DNA of 64,000 bases from Babesia bigemina (GCF_000981445.1 NC_027218.1:1240001-1304000), one strand, 5' to 3'. Positions 46,396-57,581 are shown, numbered from the stretch's first letter. Translations and numbers: made by a program. The notes: generated by a model not told the origin, from the sequence alone.

Positions 46396-49300
46396 TCAAG
46401 GCTGCAGGTAGGTGAGCTTGGCAAGTTTGCCAAGACGTGCAGCGGCGAGTAGTGATTGGGCAGCTATGCGATGTGATGATGGTGAGTGCAAGTGAGATTT
46501 GATGTGGAGCAGGTCGAGGCGGATGACCATGATGTGGAGGAGGTACAACAAAGAGAGGAGCCAGAGGGAAAGGAGGGTGTAGAAGAAATATTTTCTGATG
46601 GTCCACAAGAAGGTGTCAACGGCAGTGAGGAAATTGTTTAACAACTCGGAATTTAATATGCGATCTAGAGCCTTGCAGAAAATATAGCACCGCTTTTTGC
46701 TTTTGTAACTGGCGTCTGCATATGTGAGGCCATACCGATAGAATACGGGCAGGACTCCACGACAATGGACCATGGAAGTGCAGCCACATTCCTCTGTACC
46801 ATGCTTACCAGATAGGCATTTGCCTTCATGGTGACAGCCTTGGCAACCGGATTCGAAACAGGAAATATTGCAGTATGCATTTTTCAGCTGCTCAAGGAAT
46901 GTGACAATACTAGGACATATGTAAGTCAACCAGGAAAGATACTTGTTGGCGTGTTTAGCGGAGAGGTCAGAGTACGCCGGACCGTTTAGCATCTGAATGA
47001 GGTACCCACAGCCATTTTTATTACAACCAATAAGATATTCGATGTCGGGCGATTTTTCATAGTCATGTTTGTTGTGCGATTTGGAACGATACAATTCCCG
47101 GCAGGAATCAAGCAGCTTTCTGGCATCATTATAGTCACATGCCACCGTTCCGACGATTTTATCGCAAACAGATTTTTGGACACTTTTATCACCACTCGGA
47201 AATCCTGTCTCCGGCATAGTTTTCCACGATTGAGTGAGATGGGAGAAAAAGCAGAATATGTCTGGTAATGACTGAGGTGGACGGCTGATAAGGCATGATA
47301 GGTTGGAATAAACAGTAGTGAACACGCCATTGTCGCCGCATAGTTTGTCAAGCACATCGCACAAGTCCTTTCCCACTCGTGTAGTTCCAGAGAAGCTCCT
47401 GAAACCAAGAGGGGTTAAACATGGCATACTGGGTGGGGTCTTTGTACAAGTCGCACATGTGAGTTTTTGGTTTTCGGATACGATACTGTGCGGCAACATG
47501 CCCCTCAGACCATCTGTGAAGTATAACTGCAGTGGCGAACTGATCGAGCAATCTGCAGTCCCAGATGCCAATTTATCATTATATTGACTGCAATGCCAAT
47601 CGGAAGCCTGCACACCTGTTCCAAATCTGCACTCACCCCAACCGTAGGACGATTTATCGATACTACAGTGAACGTGTAAGAATCGCAGCGCATGAAACAA
47701 TCGTCGAAGAATATCTAACAACATATCGAAGCATTGTGAAGGTTTTTCCATATAGTGCAAATTAAGCGAGTTGTTCATATATTCACAGCCGTAGTACGTG
47801 GCAGCATCACCAAATCCGGCAATTCGTGTAAGCAAATTATATGAATAATCGCATACAGTGGTTAGATCATATGCCATGAGGCCGTGCATTTTTGATACCA
47901 TATGGCGCTCCTTTTCAACGTCATAATAGCTTTTGCAATTCTCTTCGAGTTTCCTAAATATAGGATTATATGGGAGACCTGCTAACCATCCTAGCATCTC
48001 GTAGATGGAAGATGGATACCTAGTCGACGTTGCAATATTGTGGTGAGAGACTCTGCAATATGCTTGTAGATTCCGGAACAGCACAGACAGCGGAGCCTCC
48101 ATCTCTAGTGCAGCGCCCATGTAAACATCAAAACGTTTTCTTGTTTCCTCAGGGTTTGAAAACCCTCCATTATTGTTAAATCCTTTGCCCAATTTGACTG
48201 CAACATCCCAACCAGTCTTATTTTTATAAAGACGGTCGACATTAAACCCTTGGAGCTGCAAATACTTTGCCAAGTCGTATCTGTTTTCGTCCGTTGTTGC
48301 ACTACCGTCAATTGCAAAGGCTTTGTAACTTCTGGCGCATTTATAAAACATCTCATGTAGTCCGTTGAAAAGCATATGAATTGAAGTTAAGCAAACTTTG
48401 GCACAATTTCCTTTGTCAGTATTATCGTTACGGTTCCAGTTGATTGCGCGCCCAGAATACGAATTCACGTATGCCTTTTCCAATTCTTTGCACAATTTTA
48501 ACAACCCAACTCGTAAAATATCCAAAACTGGATATGCCGGAACGTCGAATTCGTGAGGATTTAAATCGCTGAGTAAATTCTGAAATTCAGCAAGATTTGT
48601 CGAAAAGTCGGCATTGTAATGAGTAAGGGTATCCAACAGTCTGGAAAACTTGTCAAAAATACTCTTAACTTTGGAACGATACATTATCATGCAATCATGT
48701 GTGAATACTTTCTTCACATCCCCTCCAGCATAAATCAGTATAACATCTATAAAATCTCTTGCTATTTTGGACAGATCAAGCAATGTTATGTGGTCACCTT
48801 TTTCTAGTTCTGTTTTCATCTTGCTAAGAAAGTTCTCTGCGCTTCGGCGGCCGGATGCATCTAGATCGCCACTCATCCATTTCATCATACCTTTGATTCC
48901 AGTTACAGAATCCTTTTCAATTATCACATTAATCCTTTTCAAACGTTCACTAATTAAACCCTTAAGCTTATTGAGCGCAAACTCCTTGGATTCCGCAAAT
49001 TTAGATAACGCTTCTTTTTTAATATTCTTTTTGGCATTCAAAGATGATCTAAAGTATATATCGTGGAATTCTTGAATGTATTCTTTTGCTTTCGTGTGGA
49101 CATCGTCAATTCCAAAGTTTACCTGCCGAATCATAGCGTCCAATTTATGTAACGAATGGTCCAAGGTGCTTATGGCGATTTTTACCTCCGTATTGAGCGC
49201 TTCATAATATTTTCTAATATCTTTAATAAACTTATCAACACTTAATCTCGCCCGTTTAACAGCTTCGGGTAGCTCTTCAAGCTTACCGATTTTTTCAAAG

Positions 49301-51447
49301 AGCTCTTCGACCGAAATGTTAGCACGTTCTTTTATCACATTGTAAGTGTTTAATGCTCCACCTACTTCAGTGTTAAAAGTTGAATGCTCATTCACAATGC
49401 CATCAGCGAAAATGTTTTTAAGGTCTGTAGTAATCTTTTTTATTTTAGAATGAAGGGAGGTGGAATCGCCAGCACTTGTTACCCACTTTATATAATTTAC
49501 CATGAGATTCTGCACAACAATGTTATCATTATTCGCATTGTACAAGTTAAATACAATTTTTTTTACTATGCCAGTTATCTCAGCGCCGATGGCACCGAAG
49601 AAGGTTTTTTGGTTCTCGTCTACAATCTCTATAAACTCCTGTACAAATGTTTTGAATTTAGGTAATTCACCGGAAATATCTAATTTATATAGCGCATTTT
49701 GAAGTCGAGTATTATTATCCTCAGCCCACTTATGCAACTTTGGAGCTTTAGCATCGCCTTTACCACCTCCTATGCCAATTCGAAATTCTTGAGGGAAATC
49801 AGAGTGACTATAACTCACTTTTACAGCATTCTTCAACCCCGCATCCACCGTCTGAAAATACTCCTGAATAGGCCCATCAATCTTATTTTTAAGCAGAACC
49901 AAGTCATCTTTCACCTTATTATCCAACTGCACAAGTGCCACGGTAATATCGCTTACAGCTGTTGAAATTGTTCTGCCAATGTCGGACGCGCACTTGTTGA
50001 GTTCTACGTTTAGTTGACGAAGGTTTTGCTGAACGGTAGTGACTAGCTGTCGAAGCTGAGATTTGTTCTTGGAAGGCATTGAAGATTTATCATTAACTTC
50101 CTTTAACAACCCCTCTATTGCATCGAATTTTACCCTAAACATGTCTCGTTCATTATTGTTGTATACTGCTGTCAAATATGCATCGGCAACCAACTTCGCT
50201 TCCAATAGAGTGTGCTTGGCAGCCTCAATGGATATCCGTAACTGCCGCGGATATTCTTTCTCTACTTTATCTTTAAGCTGCGTAATATTATCATTTAGCT
50301 TATATCTTAGACCACCATGATTCGTCTCACTCAAACCCTTCTCGAAGGTATCATCCAGCGTTCTAAATTCATTGTCCACCCTAGAACAGTAATCTATGAG
50401 CCCATAAACGTCCCTACTAAAGGAATCTTGATATGATTCTACGAATCGTTTAATTAACTCTATATGCGGTAATAACAGCTCGCTCAATTTCCCGTCTAAA
50501 GTTTTTAGTTTGTTAAATGATTGTTCGGCAATCCCGGGCAGTAGGTCAACTCCGTAAATCCAATCACTGTACACACCTTCAAAGTATTCCTTGCCTTTAA
50601 TATCCTGAAGCTCTTTTAGTAGCTTGGGAATGTTTTGCCCTTCAGTAATGAGATCATTTATATGTCTCGTAACTTCATAGTTAGACGACTTCACTGCACC
50701 CAACCACCCCTGAATACCACTCTTAACATGGTCAATAACAACATTCAAACCTCTTTCGCCTTTACTTAGTTGAGCATCTAAATCAATTACAGAATCATGT
50801 AATTTCTCCTTATAAGGCGAAAGATTCTTATTATCATGGACACCTTTAAGCACCCCGTGCAAAAACGCGATCATCCCGTCACATAGCCTATCCAGGTCCG
50901 AATACACTATCCCATTGCCATTGTAGCCTTTGGAAGAAGGGTCGAAGCCGAGGAAGGTTTCAAGGCCAGTGCACAACTGTTCTAAAATAGGGCTGGGATC
51001 ACTTGTAAATCCACTAAGATTTTTTCTAAGCCCTTCAAGATTCTCCATTCTGGACTGAACATCCTCTAAAGCCTTATCTGTGGAGGTATCAACACGATGA
51101 TTTGTTACACAGCCATCTTTTAATGTTTTAACGTAATTCAAAAGTATTTCTAATTTATCTTCCTCAACAATTCCGGCCTTATCAACCTCTGCCTTCAGAG
51201 CTTTGATGGACTGAATTTTCTCCCTGCAACACTCGTACCGTTGCCCAGCTGGATCAAGAATAGTGCATAGATTATCACAAAAGCTGGTGTAAGTCCTCTC
51301 TATAGCCTCTGCTATCAATTTTTTCAAAGCTTTGGCCAACTGCTCAAGACCATTACCATCTCCACCATGCCTCACTTGGATCAACCAGTCGATGGCCTCC
51401 CGAAGATTCTCAGGGCAGTCAGTAAGCTTCTTAAATCGTGGAGCCAT
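46396..51447 (-). CDS. ves/VESA1-like variant erythrocyte surface antigen (~1683 aa), copy 3
   Basis: ATG 51447 MAPRFKKLTDCPENLREAIDWL; same conserved blocks and tail. Confidence 0.92.
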   Translation of the reverse strand: MAPRFKKLTDCPENLREAIDWLIQVRHGGDGNGLEQLAKALKKLIAEAIERTYTSFCDNLCTILDPAGQRYECCREKIQSIKALKAEVDKAGIVEEDKLEILLNYVKTLKDGCVTNHRVDTSTDKALEDVQSRMENLEGLRKNLSGFTSDPSPILEQLCTGLETFLGFDPSSKGYNGNGIVYSDLDRLCDGMIAFLHGVLKGVHDNKNLSPYKEKLHDSVIDLDAQLSKGERGLNVVIDHVKSGIQGWLGAVKSSNYEVTRHINDLITEGQNIPKLLKELQDIKGKEYFEGVYSDWIYGVDLLPGIAEQSFNKLKTLDGKLSELLLPHIELIKRFVESYQDSFSRDVYGLIDYCSRVDNEFRTLDDTFEKGLSETNHGGLRYKLNDNITQLKDKVEKEYPRQLRISIEAAKHTLLEAKLVADAYLTAVYNNNERDMFRVKFDAIEGLLKEVNDKSSMPSKNKSQLRQLVTTVQQNLRQLNVELNKCASDIGRTISTAVSDITVALVQLDNKVKDDLVLLKNKIDGPIQEYFQTVDAGLKNAVKVSYSHSDFPQEFRIGIGGGKGDAKAPKLHKWAEDNNTRLQNALYKLDISGELPKFKTFVQEFIEIVDENQKTFFGAIGAEITGIVKKIVFNLYNANNDNIVVQNLMVNYIKWVTSAGDSTSLHSKIKKITTDLKNIFADGIVNEHSTFNTEVGGALNTYNVIKERANISVEELFEKIGKLEELPEAVKRARLSVDKFIKDIRKYYEALNTEVKIAISTLDHSLHKLDAMIRQVNFGIDDVHTKAKEYIQEFHDIYFRSSLNAKKNIKKEALSKFAESKEFALNKLKGLISERLKRINVIIEKDSVTGIKGMMKWMSGDLDASGRRSAENFLSKMKTELEKGDHITLLDLSKIARDFIDVILIYAGGDVKKVFTHDCMIMYRSKVKSIFDKFSRLLDTLTHYNADFSTNLAEFQNLLSDLNPHEFDVPAYPVLDILRVGLLKLCKELEKAYVNSYSGRAINWNRNDNTDKGNCAKVCLTSIHMLFNGLHEMFYKCARSYKAFAIDGSATTDENRYDLAKYLQLQGFNVDRLYKNKTGWDVAVKLGKGFNNNGGFSNPEETRKRFDVYMGAALEMEAPLSVLFRNLQAYCRVSHHNIATSTRYPSSIYEMLGWLAGLPYNPIFRKLEENCKSYYDVEKERHMVSKMHGLMAYDLTTVCDYSYNLLTRIAGFGDAATYYGCEYMNNSLNLHYMEKPSQCFDMLLDILRRLFHALRFLHVHCSIDKSSYGWGECRFGTGVQASDWHCSQYNDKLASGTADCSISSPLQLYFTDGLRGMLPHSIVSENQKLTCATCTKTPPSMPCLTPLGFRSFSGTTRVGKDLCDVLDKLCGDNGVFTTVYSNLSCLISRPPQSLPDIFCFFSHLTQSWKTMPETGFPSGDKSVQKSVCDKIVGTVACDYNDARKLLDSCRELYRSKSHNKHDYEKSPDIEYLIGCNKNGCGYLIQMLNGPAYSDLSAKHANKYLSWLTYICPSIVTFLEQLKNAYCNISCFESGCQGCHHEGKCLSGKHGTEECGCTSMVHCRGVLPVFYRYGLTYADASYKSKKRCYIFCKALDRILNSELLNNFLTAVDTFLWTIRKYFFYTLLSLWLLSLLYLLHIMVIRLDLLHIKSHLHSPSSHRIAAQSLLAAARLGKLAKLTYLQP

Positions 51448-52570
51448 TGTTACGAAACGATCGATGATGGTGTATTTACTTTTTAAAGGCAACATGCATT
51501 TCGAGGTTGCAGATCACCTACCCCTCTGCAAAAATGCGCTACGCACTGTACGTCTAACAAACTCCTCTCTCAGTGCTCCCAACTACATTACTCAAGCATC
51601 TACCCGACTGAGGGCGTCTTTGATATTCACGACAAAACTAGCATCCACCTCGCTCACCTAATCCCAACCACCAGCGCCCAGACAGCTCGAAATTATAATC
51701 CACTTAGGAGGTGGCGTCACTCCCCCAAATACAGCCCTATGTTCAACTTCCTTAAGAAACAGCTAGAGGGGATGCAAGCTGCGTGCTAATATTCGGATCA
51801 AATTCGATGCCGCTTCTCCTCAACTACTGGTCCACCCCACTGCCACTGCACGGTTTTAACGTAATACTAATACGGTATTCACACAATGCGACTCTAGTAA
51901 CTGGGCGACGATTACACGAATACAAGCATGCTCTAATCTAGAAGCGGAAAGCGCAATGGCAATTTACCTCTGCATCCCTTACAGGGAACGGGATCTTCGA
52001 TACGTGATGGATGAGAATGTGACCTCAATATGGAAGATTACTGATGTGACTGTGTAGCACAGTTAAGATGTATCTAGCTGAAAGGCGATGGTATGAGTGA
52101 AGAGCAGTTAGGGCAAGTGGAGGACTATAGTAATGATGGAAAGTGCCATGCCAAACTCAGGAGTCTCACGAGGACTGAGAGCATGCTCTACCGGAAGACA
52201 ACATCGTAGATAGTATACAAAAGCCTTCACAACCGTGGAGAATGGGACTGTCAACTAAGGCAACCTGGTGGAGACGGGCATACAAGAAGAGGAGATGCAG
52301 GGACGTGGTTGAGGATATGAAGCGGAGAGCTTTCATCTACCGGAATAGTTATATCGTTATCAGTTATGTGACGAGGTACATGAAACCAAGATAAGATTAT
52401 AACTTTGTGGATGACCTATCTTTCCAGACAAGGTGAATTTCATTTTGGCTGACACCAGTGACGATCGGCAACGGACCGACGTGAAACCAGCAGCCAACAA
52501 CAGCGTGAGGCAGTAGCCTTTCAAATCGAATACCGGCTCTAGGCACGTAGCCACACAGCACACTATATGA
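51448..52570 (-). promoter_or_regulatory. Diverged third copy of the ~1.1-kb ves upstream region
   Basis: Collinear with 28425-29550, with many substitutions but near-invariant blocks (CTGGTCCACCCCACTGCCACTGCACGGTTTTAAC; GGGCAAGTGGAGGACTATAGTAATGATGGAAAGTGCCATGCCAAACTCAGGAGTCTCA). Confidence 0.75.
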
Positions 52571-52618
52571 TGAGAGAGCATAATAACAACAGGCTAAACT
52601 TCTGTTCATCGACGCTGA

Positions 52619-53593
52619 GACTGGCGAAACCGATGCGCAAAACAGAATAATGGTCAGGGTGAAGAAAAGCCATCAGATTTGGAGTCTGCGCTTAGACTTG
52701 ACTTAAAGGACGACCTTCTACCTCCACAAAGCGACACTCCCCTTCACACAACAGGTCCAGACACTGGTACCATCGATGTCGCCTCCCTACCAGTAATTGA
52801 TCCAAAACTTAAGCCACCCGAAGACTTCGATAGAAGGACAATCAAGCGCCCAGACATTGTACTGTGCCTCGCTCCCTGGGCTACCTCAAAACCCGCGCAT
52901 GACTCCACCGATATCCCCGAGACGGAGCTGTTCTCCGCCAAGGCCCCGCGCACTGTCCGAGATATGCTTCAGTGGCTGGCAGGGTTTAAGAACGAAAAGC
53001 ATCATGATACCCTGAAACAATGTATTAAAAGGGCATTTGGTGGCTTGCATAAGGACACTTCACAGCTTGCACTCTTCATCAACCACGCCAAAATCAGACC
53101 CGGAGATGTCTTCGACATACTCCAGCTTACCGCCATGTTTGCAGGTTCAGTGCTGACCGCCATTGCGTCTAACTGCAAAGAAAACGTGCCATCAAGATTT
53201 GTGAAGCCTAAGTCATCTGACCAATCCGATGATCCCGATTGCTGCGCCCTTTTCTGCCAGCTGCGTGACTACGCCTACGCCTGCCACCACTAGTTGCAGT
53301 TCCTAAAGGCGCAGTGTAATCGGGATGAGTTATATGGTGGATGGAAAGATTGTACGTACGGCAGTGCTGTAAAGCAGCCATCTCCCCTCCAGGCGTTCCT
53401 GACCGACGACTGGGACTCCACCTTCGACACTCACCCATTCGACCCGTGCAACCTGTGCCACAAGAGCAGAGTCAGGATGGGATTCAGGACGGAGGATTTG
53501 CCTAAAACATCGCAACAGGGCAGTGTCATTTCCACCATCCTCACTCCCAGCTCCGGCGGTGAGGGCCATGATGCGCTGCTCGACACAAAATAG
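52619..53593 (+). pseudogene. Internal fragment of ves1b-like gene, paralogous to 19543-20445
   Basis: Same motifs; CAG>TAG stop at 53291; same truncation point (TPSSGGE...DTK*). Confidence 0.8.
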
Positions 53594-53851
53594 TAATTAT
53601 AGCTATAAGCGGTAATATGGTGCTTTGTGGTACAGTATTGATTAAATGTATTAGGGCGTGGTCCTAAGTGTCATGGTGTACAAGAAAATTATGAAGCAGC
53701 AATAACAGCATCGCAAGACCACTGGTTATACAACAGGCTTTATGTGACCATATGCACAACAACCGTGTTAATGATTGGATCAAATAATCAAATTGAGATC
53801 GGATGTGACATGGCTACAGTGAGACTATGTGGACTGGGTGAGACTATGAGA

Positions 53852-54034
53852 TCAGTGGAGTGAAGGCTTGGAACCACGGAACCCGTCCCGTATTTGGCCG
53901 AATATCTCTCCGAGGCTTACGTTATATATCCGACCCATGATGTAAAGGACCAAGACAGCGAGGGCGGGGAACGCAATAAATCCGGCAACAGCGGCTCCGA
54001 TCCCAGGGCCTAACTTTTCCTTCCAGTCTCCCAT
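53852..54034 (-). CDS. 60-aa single-TM microprotein, second family copy 2
   Basis: MGDWKEKLGPGIGAAVAGFIAFPALAVLVLYIMGRIYNVSLGEIFGQIRDGFRGSKPSLH; frame preserved relative to 20714-20929. Confidence 0.6.
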   Translation of the reverse strand: MGDWKEKLGPGIGAAVAGFIAFPALAVLVLYIMGRIYNVSLGEIFGQIRDGFRGSKPSLH

Positions 54035-56325
54035 CTTCCCTCGACTCACTCAACAACCAGCCTTCACAACAGTGAACAACGTGCTTATACCTCGAACACT
54101 CTCAGCCAACTGACGATATACAATGCCTATACTCCCACCCCTACCACGCCATCCACCTTGTGCTGGGGCAAGAATCATCCCACATTTTGCAACGCTAAGA
54201 CACGTGAATATCTATTATCACCACATGTGGCAAGGCGCATGCTGATAATCAAGTGGCACGTCCATCCCAGTAGCCCAGCGTCTCCCCTGTAGACGTATAA
54301 ACGACGAGCAATTCATCCGCAACGTACTTGCAATGCTGTACAATTTCAATTATTAGCACCAATACGCAGTGCTACGTCAACTCAACCTCCACTGTATTTC
54401 GCAACACCTATGAATTCATGCCACCTTAACAAATACTCCTTGACAAATGCCAATTCCACCACTTCGTTAATCTGCTATGTCCACGATACATCTCGGCCCC
54501 ACGCCAATCCGTCCAGCTGCTTCCATTTTCTCCGGTACAGGGACACCTACTAACTAATGATGGGTGAGCGCCATGCCGCTTCTCTTCCACTTGCGCCGGT
54601 TCCACCTTCCCCCTACCGGTCAACGTCACAATTCCGGTTGTTACATCCCGAGTCCCCTGCTAGAGCCTGAGTCTGCTTCGTGACCGGGTACCGCTATTTC
54701 CCGCTTTCGTGCTACTAGTACGCCTATCCCCAAGACCATAGATTGTCCGCGCCCCTCAGCCTCGCAGCTGGATTATGCCTCCATTACGGCGTCCACCTGC
54801 TGCACAGAACTTTTGCTGTTGTACGTCGTGTTGAGCCTCTCACCCTGGGCCCATGCGGGGATCGTTCATTGGTCGTGACTAGGGCGATACCGTTGTCCGG
54901 CCTACCCGCTTTCTTTCCACAATTAGGGCCATATCCACTCCTTCGTAGGCGTGTACGGAAACTCGTACTTTCAAAGCATATATGGAAATTGCGTATACGT
55001 TGTTGTTCTGTATGGTATTCTATACTGCCCCTAACCTCGTAGACGTATCCATCCACCCGAGGCCACCTTGGCATGTTCAACTGTGCCGAGTCCAAAGACA
55101 TATGACGGGTTGGACACAACATTGCTTGCGTCTGATATGCTCCGGTTCTGTGTTTTGAGCCATAGAATATGGTACCTAATAAGTCGTGGAGAATATCACT
55201 CCGTATTGACACCGGCTTGACCGTTGCAGCAATCATGAACGTGGCGTAACAGCAACATCATGCAGCGCTATCCCCAGCAATCTGCATCATGATTAGGTGA
55301 GACATTGCGCCACTTAAACTGATGGTTGCCTCTGTGGTTGAACTAGTCAATGAAAATTTATGAATGGCTGAGGCCTACGAATGTGCCCAATATACGTGAC
55401 ACGAAGCCATTGGGTGAGTAAATTAAACGTGGCATAAATACACCGGTAGCAGTCAAATGGATTAAAACTCTAAATTCTTGGCATATAATCACGGTCTTAT
55501 TAGAAAAGTGCGGCAATGGTTTAGCGCAGTCCACGCCTCCCATCTAGCCGACCCTCACTTCACTGCGCAATTTAGATGCCATACGTAGAAATAAGTTGGG
55601 GACTAATGCCCTCCTAACATTACTGATAAAAGAAACATTCCGGCTGAACGCGTATATGGATCACAGGAACCTAAACAAGGTGCTGGTCGATTGTGGAGAT
55701 TGGCGGCCTGATATTCGGGTCGGCCTCCAACGAATACCGTGCGATGTGAGCTAGCGTGCTATATGCGAGGTGAGTCATTTGTGTAAAGCGGCAATTCGTT
55801 CTGTGCGTATACGATCTGTTACGTACTAGCTGGCGAGATGGTAGCGATGTTGGACAATCCTACGTGAACAGTGGGGGGTGCGGTTACGTGGCATGTGTGG
55901 CCAACATGGTGGTATTTACTAATTTTGTAAAACAAGCCTTAGTTCATTCAGGCAGTAATTAGAAGACAAATGCGATGATATTTAGCAGTGGTGGCACAGT
56001 TGTACGGTCTGTGGAGTATGAAGTCGACTGCCCAGCTGGTACCCTGTGATCTGCATGCCACGGCAAGGATACCTCCAAGATGCGTCACCCAAAGCGCATT
56101 GATGTTGTGACAATGGCATAGTTTTGATGTAATATACGGTGCGTAGAATGACGGTCACCTTGCTGCTACCGTGGCGCCGATGGTAGATGGTCAGTGTCCT
56201 TGCGTAGGTGCGTGTTCATGTTGTAGTTGGTGAGTGTCTTGATAAGGTGCGTGCTCATGAGTGGTTGATGAGTGCTTGCTTAAGTGATTGATGTGTTTGC
56301 AGGTTGAGGGGACTGGGAGGGGAAG

Positions 56326-56814
56326 ATGTCAGGATTGCTGAGGTTCGACTGTGAATGTGGTACGGAATGTCAAATGCCTATTTTGTGTAATTGTTGTCCG
56401 TGGTGCTGTGAAAAATGTACAAGCAAGGATGGTTGCAAAGGATGTAAGGCACATTACCTTAAGCGCACTATGTTCCATATGCCGTACGATTGCGAAATAT
56501 TGAAATGTGCAACGCAATGTAAAAACAACGTGTCTAAATGTTCATGTAAGTGTTGTAAGGAAAAACAGCAACGCTCTTCCCCCGGTCTACACGCTCCCGC
56601 TGTTTTTCCCGGTGTTCAGTCTGAGGCCGCCAGCCATCAACAGCTCCCTTCACGTACCGAAGCTCGGGCCCAAGATCACAATTCTCTACCATTCTCCTCC
56701 CCTCTCCTCCCCATCATCATCGTCCCCGTCGCCCTCATCATCGTCGTCATCTGCGTCATGGTCTACTTCCGCATCCGGCCGTTCCACAGGGTGCGGTATC
56801 TACTGCGCAGCTAA
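56326..56814 (+). CDS. Small Cys-rich single-TM protein, family copy D (162 aa unspliced; 248 aa if intron 56796-56856 is removed, ending 57133)
   Basis: 18 Cys scaffold, stalk, TM, RIRPFHRVRYLLRS. Confidence 0.8.
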   Translation: MSGLLRFDCECGTECQMPILCNCCPWCCEKCTSKDGCKGCKAHYLKRTMFHMPYDCEILKCATQCKNNVSKCSCKCCKEKQQRSSPGLHAPAVFPGVQSEAASHQQLPSRTEARAQDHNSLPFSSPLLPIIIVPVALIIVVICVMVYFRIRPFHRVRYLLRS

Positions 56815-56856
56815 TGACCGTGATAACCTAACTGGCTACTGACATCTAATGTCTAG

Positions 56857-57133
56857 ACAAAGTAATGATTGCGTTGATGAGCAACCAGATGAGCATGTTA
56901 CTAGTTACGGCAGCAATGACAGCAGACACAACAGCGATCACAGTAGACACAACAGCGATCACAGTAGACACAACAGCGATCACAACTCTCCCTCTGGGCT
57001 CCTCTCTCTCCTCTACCTGCTCCACATCAAATCGCATTTGCGCTCACCCTCATCACACCGCATCGCTGCTCAATCACTACTCGCCGCTGCACGTGTTGGA
57101 CGACTTGCCAAGATCACATACCTGCAAACCTAA
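56857..57133 (+). other. Candidate second exon: acidic linker, 21-bp repeats and intact VESA cytoplasmic tail
   Basis: QSNDCVDEQ...(SRHNSDH)x3...LLSLLYLLHIKSHLRSPSSHRIAAQSLLAAARVGRLAKITYLQT*; most of the ves TM is deleted. Confidence 0.65.
56920..56982 (+). repeat. 3 x 21-bp tandem repeat CAGYAGACACAACAGCGATCA
   Basis: Read directly; unit length is a multiple of 3. Confidence 0.95.
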
Positions 57134-57581
57134 TCGTACCTTCACGAGTGATGTTAATCGCCGTCTTATGGCTAATCACCACGTTGATTGTACGCACAAC
57201 TAAATTTATGCCACTCCCTAGCTCACCCAGACACCTAATCAACAACCCACCACTTAACGTAGCATACAATTTCAATGCCAATCTATTGCCTTCATATACT
57301 AATATGCGAGATACCACACGAATCTACTCATCACATACGGGCAAAGCAGAGAGATCGCGAATCTACCGCCTCTATAGACAATTTCTCAATAACGTTCATA
57401 TGGAAACACAAAATTGCGTCGTTTATACATTTCATATAAACTTAGATTGTTGGGAGAACCTACGTTCGCATATTCTCTAAACAACATCGACACAGTAACG
57501 AATATGCTGTTCAAAGTTAGAAGGCACGATATGTTTGTAAGAAGTACTACATATGTCCATTTCGTTTGTATAACGGTACAA

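Noticed and set aside
51448..51495. ORF-track start at 51495 for ves copy 3 (likewise 22271, 20944, 54049, 40409, 2613)
   Set aside because: Non-ATG starts in a eukaryote; downstream ATGs match paralogue or family N-termini.
54200..55950. ORFs 54426-54629, 54743-55042, 54784-55236
   Set aside because: No motifs, paralogues or consistent splice structure; may be decayed coding DNA but cannot be supported.
56920..56982. CRISPR-like array
   Set aside because: Contiguous tandem repeats without spacers, no cas genes, eukaryotic context.
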